Source of the DNA: Acidimicrobiales bacterium
Lineage (GTDB): Bacteria > Actinomycetota > Acidimicrobiia > Acidimicrobiales > AC-14
NCBI GenBank assembly: GCA_038214685.1
Contig: JBBQRO010000001.1
Coordinates: 15,729-79,728 of the forward strand
Length of the DNA stretch: 64,000 bases
Direction: 5' to 3'
In this document: in pieces, positions 40,192 to 50,892 of the stretch
Position numbering within the stretch: the stretch's first letter is position 1
How the letters are laid out: each line of letters opens with the position of its first letter
Translations under genes and position numbers: made by a program
Notes under the pieces: model-generated
Database searches by the model: none
What the model saw: only the letters and a program-made list of their open reading frames with translations
Told to the model about the DNA's origin: nothing

Positions 40192-40461
40192 GTGATGTCT
40201 GAACGCGCCACCATGATCCACCCGGCCATCGAGAGCCTGCTCGACAAGGTGGACTCCAAGTTCAGCCTGGTCAGCCTGGCGGCCAAGCGGGGCCGGCAGA
40301 TCAACTCCTACTTCAGCCAACTGGGCGAGGGCCTGGGCGCCATCGTGCCCCCCCAGGTGGCCTCGGTTTCGCGCAAGCCCCTCTCGATCGCTCTCGAGGA
40401 GATCGCAGCCAGCAAGATCACCTTCGTGCGCACCGAAGAGGCCGAGAACTCCAACACCTGA
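40192..40461 (+). CDS. rpoZ: DNA-directed RNA polymerase subunit omega
   Basis: The motif [17 protein letters not shown] is present. Possible starts are GTG 40192, ATG 40195 and ATG 40213. Confidence 0.92.
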   Translation: MMSERATMIHPAIESLLDKVDSKFSLVSLAAKRGRQINSYFSQLGEGLGAIVPPQVASVSRKPLSIALEEIAASKITFVRTEEAENSNT

Positions 40462-40504
40462 GCCCGCCGATGATCCGGGGTCGTCAGCGGGGGTCAGGGC
40501 ACCC

Positions 40505-41740
40505 GTGACGGTCACCGGTCCGCTGAAGGGGCGGAGGGTCGTGCTCGGCGTGTGTGGGAGCATCGCCGCCTACAAGGCGGTGGAGGTGTGCCGCCGGCTG
40601 GTCGACGGCGGGGCGCACGTCTCGCCCGTCATGACCGCCGACGCAGTCCGGTTCCTTGGTCCTGCCACCCTGTCGGCCCTGGCTTCGGAGCCGGTGCACG
40701 ACTCGTTGTGGTCCGACGCCGACCCCATTCCCCACACAGCGCTGGGGCGGGCCGCCGACGTCGTCGTGGTGGCGCCGGCCACCGCCACCCTGCTGGCCAG
40801 GTACGCCGCGGGCATCGCCGACGACCTGCTCACCGCCACCCTGCTGGCTACCCGGGCGCCGGTGGTGCTCTGCCCGGCCATGCACACCGAGATGTGGGAG
40901 CACCCGGCAACGGTCGACAACGTGGCCACCCTGCGCCGGCGGGGCGTGCTGGTGGTCGAGCCCGGCGTCGGGCGGCTGGCCGGGGGCGACGAGGGCGCCG
41001 GCCGCCTGGCCGGCGCCGAGGAAATTCTGTCGGCCGTCCATCGGATCCTGTTGCCGCAGGATCTGGCCGGGCGCACCGTGCTGGTCACCGCCGGCGGCAC
41101 CCGGGAGGCCATCGACCCCGTGCGGTTCCTCGGGAACCGGTCCTCGGGCAAGCAGGGCCACGCCCTGGCCGCCGAGGCTGAGGCCAGGGGCGCGACGGTG
41201 ATCCTGGTCACCACATCGGAGCGGCCGGCGCCGCCCGACGTCGACGTCGTCCGGGTCGAGTCGGCGGCGGAGATGGAGGAGGCGGTCCTGGCCCGGGCCG
41301 ATCGGGCCGACGTGATCGTGATGGCTGCCGCCGTCGCCGACTTCCGCCCCAAGGTGGCGGCAGGCATCAAGCTGCACAAGGTCGACGGGGTGCCCGAGCT
41401 GGTCCTCGAACCGACGGCTGACATCCTCGCCGAGCTGGGCCGGCGCAAGCGCCCCGGCCAGGTGTTGGTCGGCTTCGCCGCCGAGACCGGCGACGTCCGT
41501 CACGGGGCGGCCGACAAGCTCCGGCGCAAGCGTCTCGATCTCGTCGTGGCCAACGACGTCAGTGCGCCGGGCGCCGGGTTCGGGCTCGACACCAATGCGG
41601 CCACCCTGCTCGACGCGGCCGGCACCTGGACCGAGGTGGCCCTCACCAGCAAGCGGAATCTGGCCTCGATCGTGTTCGGAGTGGTCGCCGGCCTCCTTTC
41701 GCGCAAGGATTGGGCTGCGGACACTAGGGAGGCACATTGA
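40505..41740 (+). CDS. coaBC: bifunctional phosphopantothenoylcysteine decarboxylase/phosphopantothenate--cysteine ligase
   Basis: Motifs [22 protein letters not shown] and [25 protein letters not shown] are present. Confidence 0.95.
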   Translation: MTVTGPLKGRRVVLGVCGSIAAYKAVEVCRRLVDGGAHVSPVMTADAVRFLGPATLSALASEPVHDSLWSDADPIPHTALGRAADVVVVAPATATLLARYAAGIADDLLTATLLATRAPVVLCPAMHTEMWEHPATVDNVATLRRRGVLVVEPGVGRLAGGDEGAGRLAGAEEILSAVHRILLPQDLAGRTVLVTAGGTREAIDPVRFLGNRSSGKQGHALAAEAEARGATVILVTTSERPAPPDVDVVRVESAAEMEEAVLARADRADVIVMAAAVADFRPKVAAGIKLHKVDGVPELVLEPTADILAELGRRKRPGQVLVGFAAETGDVRHGAADKLRRKRLDLVVANDVSAPGAGFGLDTNAATLLDAAGTWTEVALTSKRNLASIVFGVVAGLLSRKDWAADTREAH

Positions 41741-42936
41741 GTACCCCGTACACGTTCACGTCGGAGTCGGTCACCGAGGGCCATCCGGACAAGATGGCCG
41801 ACCAGGTCTCCGACGCCATCCTCGACGCCATCCTCGCCGAGGATCCCATGGGCCGGGTGGCCTGCGAGAGCCTGCTCACGACGGGTCTGGTGGTCGTCGC
41901 CGGCGAGATCACGACCAGCGCTTATGTCGACATCCCCAAGATCGTCCGCAAGACGGTCTGCGACATCGGCTACGACCGGGAGTCGTACGGGTTCGATGGC
42001 CACACCTGCGGCGTCATCACCGCCATCGACGAGCAGTCGCCCGACATCAGCCAGGGCGTCACCACTGCCTATGAGGTCCGCACCGGCAAGGGCGCCGAGG
42101 ATGACATCGACGCCCAGGGCGCCGGCGACCAGGGGATGATGTTCGGCTACGCCTGCGACGAGACCGACGACCTCATGCCCATGCCGATCTGGCTAGCCCA
42201 CCGTCTGGCCCAGCGGCTGTCGGAGGTGCGCAAGGCCGGCGTGATGCCCTACCTGCGGCCCGACGGCAAGACCCAGGTCACCGTCGACTACGAGGACGGC
42301 CGCCCGGTCAAGCTCCGTACCGTCCTCATCTCCAGCCAGCACCAGCCCGGTCTCGACACCGAGACGCTGCTCAAGCCCGACCTGGCCGAGCACGTGATCC
42401 ACCCGCTGCTCCCGCCGCAGTTCGCCGACGACAAGTACCAACTGCTGGCCAACCCCACCGGCGCCTTCGAACTGGGCGGCCCCCACGCCGACACCGGCCT
42501 TACCGGGCGCAAGATCATCGTCGACACCTACGGCGGTGCCGCCCGTCACGGGGGTGGCGCCTTCTCGGGGAAGGACCCCTCCAAGGTCGACCGTTCCGCG
42601 GCCTACGCCGCCCGCTGGGTGGCCAAGCACGTCGTTGCCTCGGGCGCAGCCCGGCGCTGTGAGATCCAGGTGGCCTACGCCATCGGCGTGGCCCGGCCCG
42701 TGTCGATCATGGTCGAAACTTTCGGCACCGAAACCGTCGACCCGCTCAAGATCGCCAAGATGGCCCACGAGGTCTTCGACCTTCGGCCGGCGGCCATCAT
42801 CCGAGACCTCGACCTGCGCAAGCCGATCTACCGTAAGACCGCGGCATACGGCCACTTCGGGCGCTCCGAGAAGGAGTTCACGTGGGAACGCCTCTCGCGC
42901 CTCGACGACGTGAAGCAGGCTCTCGGGCTCGCGTAG
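41737..42936 (+). CDS. metK: S-adenosylmethionine synthase
   Basis: Motifs [36 protein letters not shown] and GGGAFSGKD are present. The start overlaps coaBC in a TTGA junction. Confidence 0.97.
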   Translation: MSTPYTFTSESVTEGHPDKMADQVSDAILDAILAEDPMGRVACESLLTTGLVVVAGEITTSAYVDIPKIVRKTVCDIGYDRESYGFDGHTCGVITAIDEQSPDISQGVTTAYEVRTGKGAEDDIDAQGAGDQGMMFGYACDETDDLMPMPIWLAHRLAQRLSEVRKAGVMPYLRPDGKTQVTVDYEDGRPVKLRTVLISSQHQPGLDTETLLKPDLAEHVIHPLLPPQFADDKYQLLANPTGAFELGGPHADTGLTGRKIIVDTYGGAARHGGGAFSGKDPSKVDRSAAYAARWVAKHVVASGAARRCEIQVAYAIGVARPVSIMVETFGTETVDPLKIAKMAHEVFDLRPAAIIRDLDLRKPIYRKTAAYGHFGRSEKEFTWERLSRLDDVKQALGLA

Positions 42937-44684
42937 CTCCCAACGGCACCGGCGCGGTCCAGATAGCACGGGTCCTGCCGGACCTCCCTGTCGACAAGGT
43001 CTTCGACTACCTCATCCCCGATCACCTGGCTGCCGAGGTGCGGGTGGGAACGATGGTGCGCGTCGCTCTTCAGGGCCGGCGGATCGGGGGCTGGGTCGTG
43101 GGCCTCGCCGACCATGCCAGCACCGACAGGCCGTTGCAGCCCCTGGCCAAGGTCACCGGCTGGGGGCCACCGGCGGATGTGGTGGGCCTGGCCCGGTGGG
43201 CGGCATGGCGCTGGGCCGGGCGGCCGGCGCAGCTCCTGGGCACCGCCTCGCCGCCCAACGCCGTCCGCGCCCTGCCCGCTCTGCCGGCGCCACCGCCGGC
43301 CACGCTGCCGGCCGCGACGCCTCCTGCGGCTGAGGCCCTGGCCGACGGGATCACGGTCATGCGAATCCCGCCGGCCGGCGACGTGTTCCCCGTGGTCATG
43401 GCCGCCGCGCAACGCGGCGACGCGCTCGTCCTGGCACCCTCGCACAGCGCCGCGTCGTACCTGGCCGCCCGGCTGCGCCTGGAGGGCCATGCCGTGGCCC
43501 TGGTGCCCCAGGAGTGGGCCCGGGCCGCGGCGGGAGGCTGCGTCGCCGTCGGTGCCCGTGCCGGCGCCTGGGCGCCCCGGCCGGCGCTCGGCGCCGTCGT
43601 TGTGATCGACGAGGGCGACGAGGCCTACCAGTCGGAGCGGGCACCCACCTGGAACGGGCGCGACGTCGCCGTGGAGCGGGCCCGCCGGGCCGGTGTGCCC
43701 TGCGTGCTGACCTCGCCGTGCCCGTCCTTGGAGGCCCTGGGCTATGGGCCGCTGATGGTCCCGTCGCGTTCCGACGAGCGGGGCGGTTGGCCCATCGTGG
43801 AAGTGATTGACCGGAGGCGGGAGCCGCCCGGTTCGGGCCTGTACTCCTCTCGCCTGGTGACCCTGGCCCGCTCGGCTACGCCCGACGCCCGGTTGGTGTG
43901 CGTCCTGAACCGCAAGGGTCGGGCCCGCCTCATGGCCTGTGTCGCGTGCCGCGAGCTGGTGCGCTGCGAGCCGTGCGGCGCGGTGGTCGACGGGGTCGAC
44001 GTCGGCCTGCGCTGCCGGCGGTGCGGTACGACGCGGCCGGCGATCTGTCTGGCCTGCGGGGGAACCCGCCTGGCCACCCTGCGGGTCGGGGTGACGCGGG
44101 CCCGGGAGGAACTGGAGGCGCTGGCCAACCTCCCGGTCGCCGAGATCTCCGCCGACACCGCCGCCGGCCCCCCGCCGGAGGGCGTCCCCGTCCTCGTCGG
44201 CACCGAGGCGGTCCTGCACCGGGTGGCCGGCGCCGGCTCGGTGGCTTTCCTCGACTTCGACCAGGAGCTGCTGGCGCCCCGCTACCGGGCCGGCGAGGCC
44301 GCGCTCGCCATGCTGGCCCGGGCCGCCCGGCTGGTGGGCGGCCGCAGCGGCGGAGGTCGAATCCTGGTCCAGACCCGCCTACCCGGCCACGAGGTGATCG
44401 ACGCCGCCGTGCACGCCGACCCTTCCCGGCTGTCGGTGGTCGAAGCGGCCCGGCGGGCTGCGCTTCGCTTCCCGCCGGAGACGGCGGTGGCGACCGTCTC
44501 CGGCCAGGCTGCCGCTGCGTTCGTGGCCGGACTGCCCGCCGGCGACGGGCTCGAAGTACTCGGCCCGGCCAACGACCGCTGGCTGGTGCGGGCCGCAGAT
44601 CATCTGACGCTGTGCGACGCGCTGGCGGCCACGGCACGGCCGCCCGGCCGGTTGCGGATCGAGGTGGATCCCCTCCGCGCGTGA
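42882..44684 (+). CDS. priA: primosomal protein N' (PriA), helicase motifs degenerate
   Basis: It has the N-terminal [18 protein letters not shown], the Cys-rich zinc module [14 protein letters not shown]…CRRCG…CLACGG, and DEGD in place of DEEH. No GxGKT is present. The only canonical start, GTG 42882, overlaps metK by 55 nt. Confidence 0.85.
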   Translation: MGTPLAPRRREAGSRARVAPNGTGAVQIARVLPDLPVDKVFDYLIPDHLAAEVRVGTMVRVALQGRRIGGWVVGLADHASTDRPLQPLAKVTGWGPPADVVGLARWAAWRWAGRPAQLLGTASPPNAVRALPALPAPPPATLPAATPPAAEALADGITVMRIPPAGDVFPVVMAAAQRGDALVLAPSHSAASYLAARLRLEGHAVALVPQEWARAAAGGCVAVGARAGAWAPRPALGAVVVIDEGDEAYQSERAPTWNGRDVAVERARRAGVPCVLTSPCPSLEALGYGPLMVPSRSDERGGWPIVEVIDRRREPPGSGLYSSRLVTLARSATPDARLVCVLNRKGRARLMACVACRELVRCEPCGAVVDGVDVGLRCRRCGTTRPAICLACGGTRLATLRVGVTRAREELEALANLPVAEISADTAAGPPPEGVPVLVGTEAVLHRVAGAGSVAFLDFDQELLAPRYRAGEAALAMLARAARLVGGRSGGGRILVQTRLPGHEVIDAAVHADPSRLSVVEAARRAALRFPPETAVATVSGQAAAAFVAGLPAGDGLEVLGPANDRWLVRAADHLTLCDALAATARPPGRLRIEVDPLRA

Positions 44685-44732
44685 GCGGAGGGGCGGACGA
44701 GTGCGGGGTTCCGGCCGCTACTCTCGGGCGCC

Positions 44733-45257
44733 ATGGCCCTGTACCCCATCCGCACCTTCGGCGACCCCGTGCTGCGGCTGCCGTGCGTGGAGGTCGCTGA
44801 GTTCGACGCCACGCTGCGCAAGCTGGCCGACGACATGCTCGAGACCATGTACGACGCTCCCGGGGTGGGGCTGGCGGCCAACCAGATCGGGGTGCAGAAG
44901 CGCATGTTCGTCTACGACGTGGGCGACGGCCCGGGGGCCATCGTCAACCCCGTCCTCTCCGCCCATCGCGGGGAATGGGAGTACACCGAGGGCTGTCTCT
45001 CGGTTCCCGATCTGCACTGGGAGATCGTGCGCTTCGCCGAGGTCCGTGCCGACGGCTACGACCTGGACGGCAACCCCATTGCCATCGAAGGCGACGAGCT
45101 GATGGCCCGCATGCTCCAGCACGAGGTCGACCATCTCGACGGGCGGCTGCTTCTCGCTCATCTCGACCGGCGCCAGCACAAAGACGCCATGCGGGCCCTT
45201 CGCCGCCGGGCCATGGGCCTTTCCGAGCCCGGCGACGACCGCGAACCGGTCGGATAG
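44733..45257 (+). CDS. def: peptide deformylase
   Basis: The three signature motifs are GVGLAANQIG, EGCLSVP and HEVDHLDG. Confidence 0.96.
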   Translation: MALYPIRTFGDPVLRLPCVEVAEFDATLRKLADDMLETMYDAPGVGLAANQIGVQKRMFVYDVGDGPGAIVNPVLSAHRGEWEYTEGCLSVPDLHWEIVRFAEVRADGYDLDGNPIAIEGDELMARMLQHEVDHLDGRLLLAHLDRRQHKDAMRALRRRAMGLSEPGDDREPVG

Positions 45258-45265
45258 GCGTTCCC

Positions 45266-46129
45266 CTGCGCCTCGTCTATCTCGGAACGCCCGACGTTGC
45301 CGTGGGCCCGCTGCGGGCCCTGGTCGACGCCGGCCACGACGTCGCCCTCGTGGTCTCCCGCCCGGACACCCGGCGGGGGAGAGGTGGTGCCCTGGCAGCT
45401 AGCCCGGTGAAGGCTGCGGCCCAAGACCTCGGGTTGGCGGTCACCGACCGGGTTGACGACGTGCTCGACGTCGGGGCCGAGCTGGGGGTGGTCGTGGCCT
45501 ACGGCCGGCTCATCAAGCCCCACGTGCTCGCCGTGCTGCCAATGGTGAACCTCCACTTCTCGCTGCTGCCCCGCTGGCGGGGAGCGGCCCCGGTCGAACG
45601 GGCGATCCTGGCCGGCGACCAAACGACGGGCGTCTGCGTGATGGCCCTGGAGGAGGGCCTCGACACCGGGCCGGTCTACGGGTACAAGACGGTGGCGATC
45701 GGTGATGACGACACCCTCGACGAGCTGCGGGCCGGGCTGGCCGACGCCGGGACCGGGATGCTCCTCAACATGCTTGAGACGGGGCTGCCATTGGGCCGGG
45801 CCCAGGTGGGCGAGCCGACGTACGCGGCCAAGATCGACGCCCGCGAGCATCACCTCGACTGGGCCCGGCCGGCGCTCGAGCTGCACCGGGTCGTGCGCCT
45901 GGGCTCGGCCTGGACGACCCACCGGGGCCGTCGGCTGCGGGTGCTGCGGGCCCGGCACTCCGCCGGCCCCGACCTGGCCCCGGGAGAACTCGACGCCGCC
46001 GCCCTCCGGGTGGGCACCGGCGACGGCGCCTTGGAGCTGATCGAGGTCCAGCCCGAGGGAAAGGGACCCCTGGCGGCGACGTCGTGGCGCAACGGCGCCC
46101 GCCTGGAGGCCGGCGAGCACCTGGTCTGA
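45266..46129 (+). CDS. fmt: methionyl-tRNA formyltransferase (CTG 45266 or ATA 45254 start)
   Basis: Motifs RLVYLGTPDVAV and VNLHFSLLPRWRGAAPVERAI are present. No ATG/GTG/TTG precedes the conserved N-terminus, apart from the ORF-opening start at 44975 and possibly other L or V codons more than 60 codons upstream inside def. Confidence 0.88.
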   Translation: MRLVYLGTPDVAVGPLRALVDAGHDVALVVSRPDTRRGRGGALAASPVKAAAQDLGLAVTDRVDDVLDVGAELGVVVAYGRLIKPHVLAVLPMVNLHFSLLPRWRGAAPVERAILAGDQTTGVCVMALEEGLDTGPVYGYKTVAIGDDDTLDELRAGLADAGTGMLLNMLETGLPLGRAQVGEPTYAAKIDAREHHLDWARPALELHRVVRLGSAWTTHRGRRLRVLRARHSAGPDLAPGELDAAALRVGTGDGALELIEVQPEGKGPLAATSWRNGARLEAGEHLV

Positions 46130-46177
46130 GTCGGTTGCGGTCCTCTGTCCCATCGACCGGGTGCATACGATCACCCG

Positions 46178-46657
46178 ATGACGTTCGCGGCCAAGGTCCT
46201 CACCGTCTCCGATGGCGTCGTGGCCGGCACCCGGGAGGACCGCTCGGGCCGGCAGCTTGTCGATCGGCTGGTCGCAGCGGGCTTCGAGGTGGTCGACCAC
46301 CGGATCGTGGCCGACGGGGTCGAAACGGTGGCCGGCGCGCTGGCCGACATGGCCGCCGGCTTCGCCGGGCTTCTGATCACCACAGGCGGCACCGGCTTTG
46401 GCCCTCGCGATCTCACGCCCGAGGGCACCTGGGAGGTGCTCGAACGCCAAGCGGCCGGCCTGGCCGAGGCCATGCGCCTGGCCAACCCATCCAAGGGCCG
46501 GCTGTCCCGGGGGTTGGCCGGCACCGTGGGCCAGTGCCTGGTGTTGAACACGCCGGGCTCCACGGCCGGCGCGATCGAGTCCCTCGACGCAGTGATCGAC
46601 ATCCTTCCCCATGCCCTCGACCTGCTGGCCGGACGTCCTACCGGCCATCCTGCGTGA
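46178..46657 (+). CDS. MogA/MoaB family molybdenum cofactor biosynthesis protein
   Basis: The MoCF_biosynth domain motif LLITTGGTGFGPRDLTPE is present, with SRG…GT.G and LPG-type motifs. Confidence 0.85.
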   Translation: MTFAAKVLTVSDGVVAGTREDRSGRQLVDRLVAAGFEVVDHRIVADGVETVAGALADMAAGFAGLLITTGGTGFGPRDLTPEGTWEVLERQAAGLAEAMRLANPSKGRLSRGLAGTVGQCLVLNTPGSTAGAIESLDAVIDILPHALDLLAGRPTGHPA

Positions 46658-47625
46658 CGCCTGACGACGACGCCATGCACCGGGCCATGGCCGCCGCCGC
46701 CCAGGTGCGCAGCATCACGTCGCCGAACCCCTGGGTGGGCAGCGTCATCGAGCCCGGCGGGTTCGTCGGGGCTACCCGGCCGCCCGGCGGGCCGCACGCC
46801 GAGGTGCTGGCGCTGCAGGCCGCGGGCGATGCGGCCCGGGGCGCCACCCTTTACGCCACCCTCGAACCGTGCGCCCACACCGGGCGCACCGCCCCGTGTG
46901 TCGACCAGATCATCGACGCCGGCATCGCCCGCGTCGTGGTCGGGGTGGAGGACCCCGACGATCGGGTGCGGGGCGCCGGCATCCGGGCGCTACGGGCCGC
47001 CGGGGTGGCGGTCGACCTCGGCGTGTGCGACGAAGCGGTCCGGGCCCAGCTCGCGCCCTACCTGAAGCACCGCAGCACCGGTCGTCCGTGGGTGGTCCTG
47101 AAGCTGGCCGCCACCCTCGACGGCCGGACCGCCGCCCCGGACGGGACGAGCCGGTGGATCACCGGCGACGCGGCCCGGGCCGACGCCCACCGCCTCCGGG
47201 CCGAGTCCGACGCGGTCATCGTGGGGGCGGGCACGGTGCGGGCCGACGACCCGGCCCTGACCGTGCGCGACGTTCCGGGCCGGGATCCTCTCCGGGTGGT
47301 GCTCGGCCGGGTGCCCGCCGGCGCCCGGATCCAGCCGGCGCTGGAGATGGGTGGCGACCTCGGCGCCGTGCTCGACGACCTCGGTCGCCGTGGGGTGCTG
47401 CAGGCGCTGGTCGAGGGAGGAGCCACGGTGGCCGGCGCCTTCCACCGGGCCGGGCTGGTCGACCGCTACGTGCTGTACCTGGCGCCCGCGTTCTTCGGCG
47501 GCGACGACGCCCGTCCGCTGTTCGCCGGCGCCGGCGCGCCCACGATCGGCGACCTGTGGAGGGGGCGGATCGAGTCGGTCGAGCGGCTGGGTGACGATCT
47601 GAGGCTGGAATGTTCACCGGCCTGA
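46654..47625 (+). CDS. ribD: bifunctional diaminohydroxyphosphoribosylaminopyrimidine deaminase/5-amino-6-(5-phosphoribosylamino)uracil reductase
   Basis: The deaminase zinc motifs are HAEVLAL and LEPCAHTGRTAPC. The reductase half contains VVLKLAATLDGR. The start could be GTG 46654 (GTGA junction) or ATG 46675. Confidence 0.93.
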   Translation: MTPDDDAMHRAMAAAAQVRSITSPNPWVGSVIEPGGFVGATRPPGGPHAEVLALQAAGDAARGATLYATLEPCAHTGRTAPCVDQIIDAGIARVVVGVEDPDDRVRGAGIRALRAAGVAVDLGVCDEAVRAQLAPYLKHRSTGRPWVVLKLAATLDGRTAAPDGTSRWITGDAARADAHRLRAESDAVIVGAGTVRADDPALTVRDVPGRDPLRVVLGRVPAGARIQPALEMGGDLGAVLDDLGRRGVLQALVEGGATVAGAFHRAGLVDRYVLYLAPAFFGGDDARPLFAGAGAPTIGDLWRGRIESVERLGDDLRLECSPA

Positions 47626-48164
47626 TCGAGGAGCTCGGCTCGCTCGTCGCCCGCCACGGCCAGCGGTTCACCTTCACGTCGAGCCTGGTGATCACCGACG
47701 CCGAGGTCGGCGCTTCGATCTCGGTCAGCGGGTGCTGCCTCACGGTCGTCGACCTCGGCGCCGGCACGTGGTCGGCCGACGTGGTCGACGAGACCCTCAC
47801 CCGCACCACCCTGGGCGCCCTCTCGCCCGGTGACACCGTCAACCTCGAGCGGCCGGTGCGGCTCGCCGACCGCCTCGGCGGCCATGTGGTGCAGGGTCAT
47901 GTCGACGGTGTGGGCCGGGTCGTGTCGCCGACGCCGGACCTGGTCGTGGCCACGCCGGACACCCGCTACGTGGTGGAGAAGGGTTCGGTGGCGGTCGACG
48001 GGGTCAGCCTCACCGTCGTGGAGGTCGGCGACGATCACTTCCGCGTCGCCGTGATCCCTCACACTGCGGCGGTGACCACCCTGGGCCGGCTGCGCCCGGG
48101 GGACCCGGTGAACCTGGAGTTCGACATACTCGCCAAGTATGTCGAACGGTTGCTGCAAAGATGA
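47610..48164 (+). CDS. ribE: riboflavin synthase
   Basis: It starts [10 protein letters not shown] and has duplicated barrel halves with [13 protein letters not shown] and [13 protein letters not shown]. Confidence 0.93.
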   Translation: MFTGLIEELGSLVARHGQRFTFTSSLVITDAEVGASISVSGCCLTVVDLGAGTWSADVVDETLTRTTLGALSPGDTVNLERPVRLADRLGGHVVQGHVDGVGRVVSPTPDLVVATPDTRYVVEKGSVAVDGVSLTVVEVGDDHFRVAVIPHTAAVTTLGRLRPGDPVNLEFDILAKYVERLLQR

Positions 48165-48168
48165 ACCC

Positions 48169-49383
48169 GTGCCTTTCGCCCCGATAGAGGATGCCGTCGC
48201 CGCCTATGCGGCCGGCGAGATCGTGGTGGTGGTCGACGACGCCAGCCGGGAGAACGAAGGCGACCTGGTCGTCGCTGCCGAGGCGGCCACCGCCGAGAAG
48301 ATCGCCTTCTTCCTGAACCACACGTCGGGCGTGATCTGCATGCCCATGCTGGGAGAGCGGCTCGACGCGCTCGACCTGCCCCCGATGGTCCTCGACAACA
48401 CCGAGAGCAACCGCACCGCGTTCACCGTGTCCGTCGACGGCCGCCACGGCACGACCACGGGCATCTCCGCCGCCGACCGGGCGTCGACCATCGCCGCCCT
48501 CATCGACCCCGCTACCCGCCCGGCCGACCTGGCCCGGCCGGGGCACGTCTTCCCCCTCCGGTGCCGGGAGGGCGGAGTACTCAACCGCGCCGGCCACACC
48601 GAGGCCACCGTCGACCTGGCCCGCCTGGCCGGAATGTACCCGGCCGGCGTGCTGTGCGAGGTGGTGAGCGAGGACAAGGCATCGATGGCCCGCCTGCCCG
48701 AGCTCGAGCGCCTGGCCGCCAGGCACAATCTGCCGTTGATCAGCATCGCCGACCTCATCCGCTTCCGGCGCCAGCGGGAGAAGCTGGTCAAGCGGGTGGC
48801 CGACGCCCGCATGCCGACGGAGTGGGGCGACTTCACCTGCTACGTCTATGAGTCTCTGCTCGACGGGGAGCAGCACGTGGCCATGGTCAAGGGGGCGGTG
48901 CAGGGCGAGGACAACGTGCTGGTGCGCGTGCACTCGGAGTGCCTGACCGGCGACGCCCTCGGCTCGATGCGCTGTGACTGCGGCGTCCAGCTCCAGATGG
49001 CGCTGCAGCGCATCGCCACCGAGGGCATGGGCGTGGTCGTCTACCTCCGGGGACATGAGGGCCGGGGCATCGGCATGGCCCACAAGCTGCGGGCCTATAC
49101 CCTCCAGGACCAGGGGCGCGACACCGTCGACGCCAACCTCGACCTGGGCCTTCCCGTCGACACCCGCAAGTACGGCACCGGGGCGCAGATCCTCGTCGAC
49201 CTGGGGATCACCACCATGCGCCTGCTCACCAACAACCCGGCCAAGTTCGGCGGCCTCGACGGCTATGGGCTGGAGATCGTCGAGCGGGTGCCGCTGGAGT
49301 CGGTGCCCAATCCCGAGAACATCCGTTACCTGCGCACCAAGCAGCAGCGCATGGGCCACCTCCTGGAAGGACTCGAAGAATGA
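48169..49383 (+). CDS. ribBA: bifunctional 3,4-dihydroxy-2-butanone-4-phosphate synthase/GTP cyclohydrolase II
   Basis: Motifs [12 protein letters not shown] and [20 protein letters not shown] are present. GTG 48169 follows the ribE stop. ATG 48139 is an alternative start. Confidence 0.95.
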   Translation: MPFAPIEDAVAAYAAGEIVVVVDDASRENEGDLVVAAEAATAEKIAFFLNHTSGVICMPMLGERLDALDLPPMVLDNTESNRTAFTVSVDGRHGTTTGISAADRASTIAALIDPATRPADLARPGHVFPLRCREGGVLNRAGHTEATVDLARLAGMYPAGVLCEVVSEDKASMARLPELERLAARHNLPLISIADLIRFRRQREKLVKRVADARMPTEWGDFTCYVYESLLDGEQHVAMVKGAVQGEDNVLVRVHSECLTGDALGSMRCDCGVQLQMALQRIATEGMGVVVYLRGHEGRGIGMAHKLRAYTLQDQGRDTVDANLDLGLPVDTRKYGTGAQILVDLGITTMRLLTNNPAKFGGLDGYGLEIVERVPLESVPNPENIRYLRTKQQRMGHLLEGLEE

Positions 49384-49874
49384 CCGGTTCACGGGCGGAC
49401 GGCGGCTATGCAGGGCGCCTGCGGGGCGACGGCCTGCGTGTGGCCGTCGTCACCAGCCGGTTCAATGACCTCGTCACCGACCGGCTGCGGGACGGCTGCG
49501 TCGACGGGCTCACGCGGCTCGGGGTCGACCTGGCGTCGATCGTCGAGGCATCGGTGCCCGGCGCCCTGGAGCTGGCTCTGGCGGCCCAGCGCTTGGCCAC
49601 CTCGGGCGAGGTCGACGCCGTCGTCTGCCTGGGAGCGGTGATCCGCGGTTCAACCGACCACCACATCCACGTGGGAGGCCAGTGCGCGGCCGGGCTGGCC
49701 CGTGTCCAGCTCGACACCGGGGTCCCCGTGATCTTCGGCGTCCTCACCACCGACGACGTTGCCGGTGCATTGGAGCGGGCCGGCGGGAAGCTGGGCAACA
49801 AGGGCGCCGACGCAGCGTCTACCGCAGTCGAGATGGTCGATCTGCTGCGCCAGCTTCCCAAGTCAGCCGGATAG
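49380..49874 (+). CDS. ribH: 6,7-dimethyl-8-ribityllumazine synthase
   Basis: Motifs [22 protein letters not shown] and [11 protein letters not shown] are present. The start overlaps ribBA in an ATGA junction. Confidence 0.95.
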   Translation: MTGSRADGGYAGRLRGDGLRVAVVTSRFNDLVTDRLRDGCVDGLTRLGVDLASIVEASVPGALELALAAQRLATSGEVDAVVCLGAVIRGSTDHHIHVGGQCAAGLARVQLDTGVPVIFGVLTTDDVAGALERAGGKLGNKGADAASTAVEMVDLLRQLPKSAG

Positions 49875-49883
49875 GACCGACCC

Positions 49884-50759
49884 GTGCTCAAGCTTGTCCT
49901 GCCCAAGGGTTCCCTCGAGAAGGCCACGCTGGCCCTGTTCGACGACGCCGACCTGGCCGTACGGAGAGCCTCCGACGTCGATTACAAGGCCACCGTCGCC
50001 GACCCCCGCATCGACACCGTCCGTATCCTGCGACCCCAGGAGATCGCGAGCTATGTGGCCGAGGGCCTCTTCGACCTGGGCATCACCGGCCGCGACTGGA
50101 TCGAGGAGACCGGCAGCGAGGTGGTCTCGCTGGGCGAGCTGCACTACTCCAAGGCCACCGCCCGCCCCGTCAACATCGTGCTCGCCGTCGCCGATACCGA
50201 CCCGGCCCGGTCGGTATCCGACCTCACCGACGGCGTCCGGGTGGCCACGGAGTACCCCGAGCTCACCCGCCGGTTCATGGAGAAGCACGGCGTTGCCGCC
50301 GACATCCGCCTGTCCTACGGGGCCACTGAGGCCAAGGTGCCCGAAATCGTCGACGCAGTGGTGGAGCTCACCGAGACCGGACGGGCGCTTCGAGCCGCCG
50401 GCCTGCGCATCATCGAGACCATCCTCGTCAGCCACACCGAGCTGATCGCCAACCGGGCCGCCCACGAGGATCCGGACAAGCGCCATGCCATGGGCCAGAT
50501 CCACACCCTGCTCCAGGGCACCCTCGAGGCCCGGGGCCGGGTGTTGGTCAAGCTGAACGTGAGCGAGGCCGACCTCGCCGCCGTGGTCGAGTTCCTGCCG
50601 TCGCTGCGGTCCCCCACGGTGTCGAAGTTGTTCGGCGCCGACGCCTACGCGGTGGAGACGGTGGTGCCCAAGGACCGGATCAACACCCTGATCCCCGCCC
50701 TGAAGGACCACGGCGCCACCGACATCATCGAGCTACCCATTTCCAAGATCGTCCACTGA
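49884..50759 (+). CDS. hisG: ATP phosphoribosyltransferase (long form with C-terminal regulatory domain)
   Basis: Motifs LKLVLPKGSLEK, DLGITGRDW and ELTETGRAL are present, with a C-terminal HisG_C-like region. It starts with GTG. Confidence 0.93.
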   Translation: MLKLVLPKGSLEKATLALFDDADLAVRRASDVDYKATVADPRIDTVRILRPQEIASYVAEGLFDLGITGRDWIEETGSEVVSLGELHYSKATARPVNIVLAVADTDPARSVSDLTDGVRVATEYPELTRRFMEKHGVAADIRLSYGATEAKVPEIVDAVVELTETGRALRAAGLRIIETILVSHTELIANRAAHEDPDKRHAMGQIHTLLQGTLEARGRVLVKLNVSEADLAAVVEFLPSLRSPTVSKLFGADAYAVETVVPKDRINTLIPALKDHGATDIIELPISKIVH

Positions 50760-50892
50760 GGCCGCCGGCGCCTCTAGATGCGTACAGCATCTATTGAGCG
50801 ACGCCAGCCCGTAGGGGACAATTCCCCGGCAGTTTGCAGTCGTTCTCGGCTGCAATGCTCACGGCTGCAAGGCCGATCAGGGGGGAAGTTCG

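Noticed and set aside
46130-46177. An FMN riboswitch upstream of the rib genes. I also looked for a SAM riboswitch before metK and T-box leaders before hisS, aspS, alaS and pheS.
   Set aside because: The available upstream spacers are 0-87 nt, and most of these genes are translationally coupled to the preceding gene. There is no room for these leaders, and none of their conserved cores were seen.
49380-49390. ATGACCGG at the ribBA/ribH junction as another family-1 element copy.
   Set aside because: Only the first 8 nt match. The hairpin (GGCCCGGGAGGCCGGTC) is absent, and the sequence is ordinary ribH coding sequence (MTGSRADGG).
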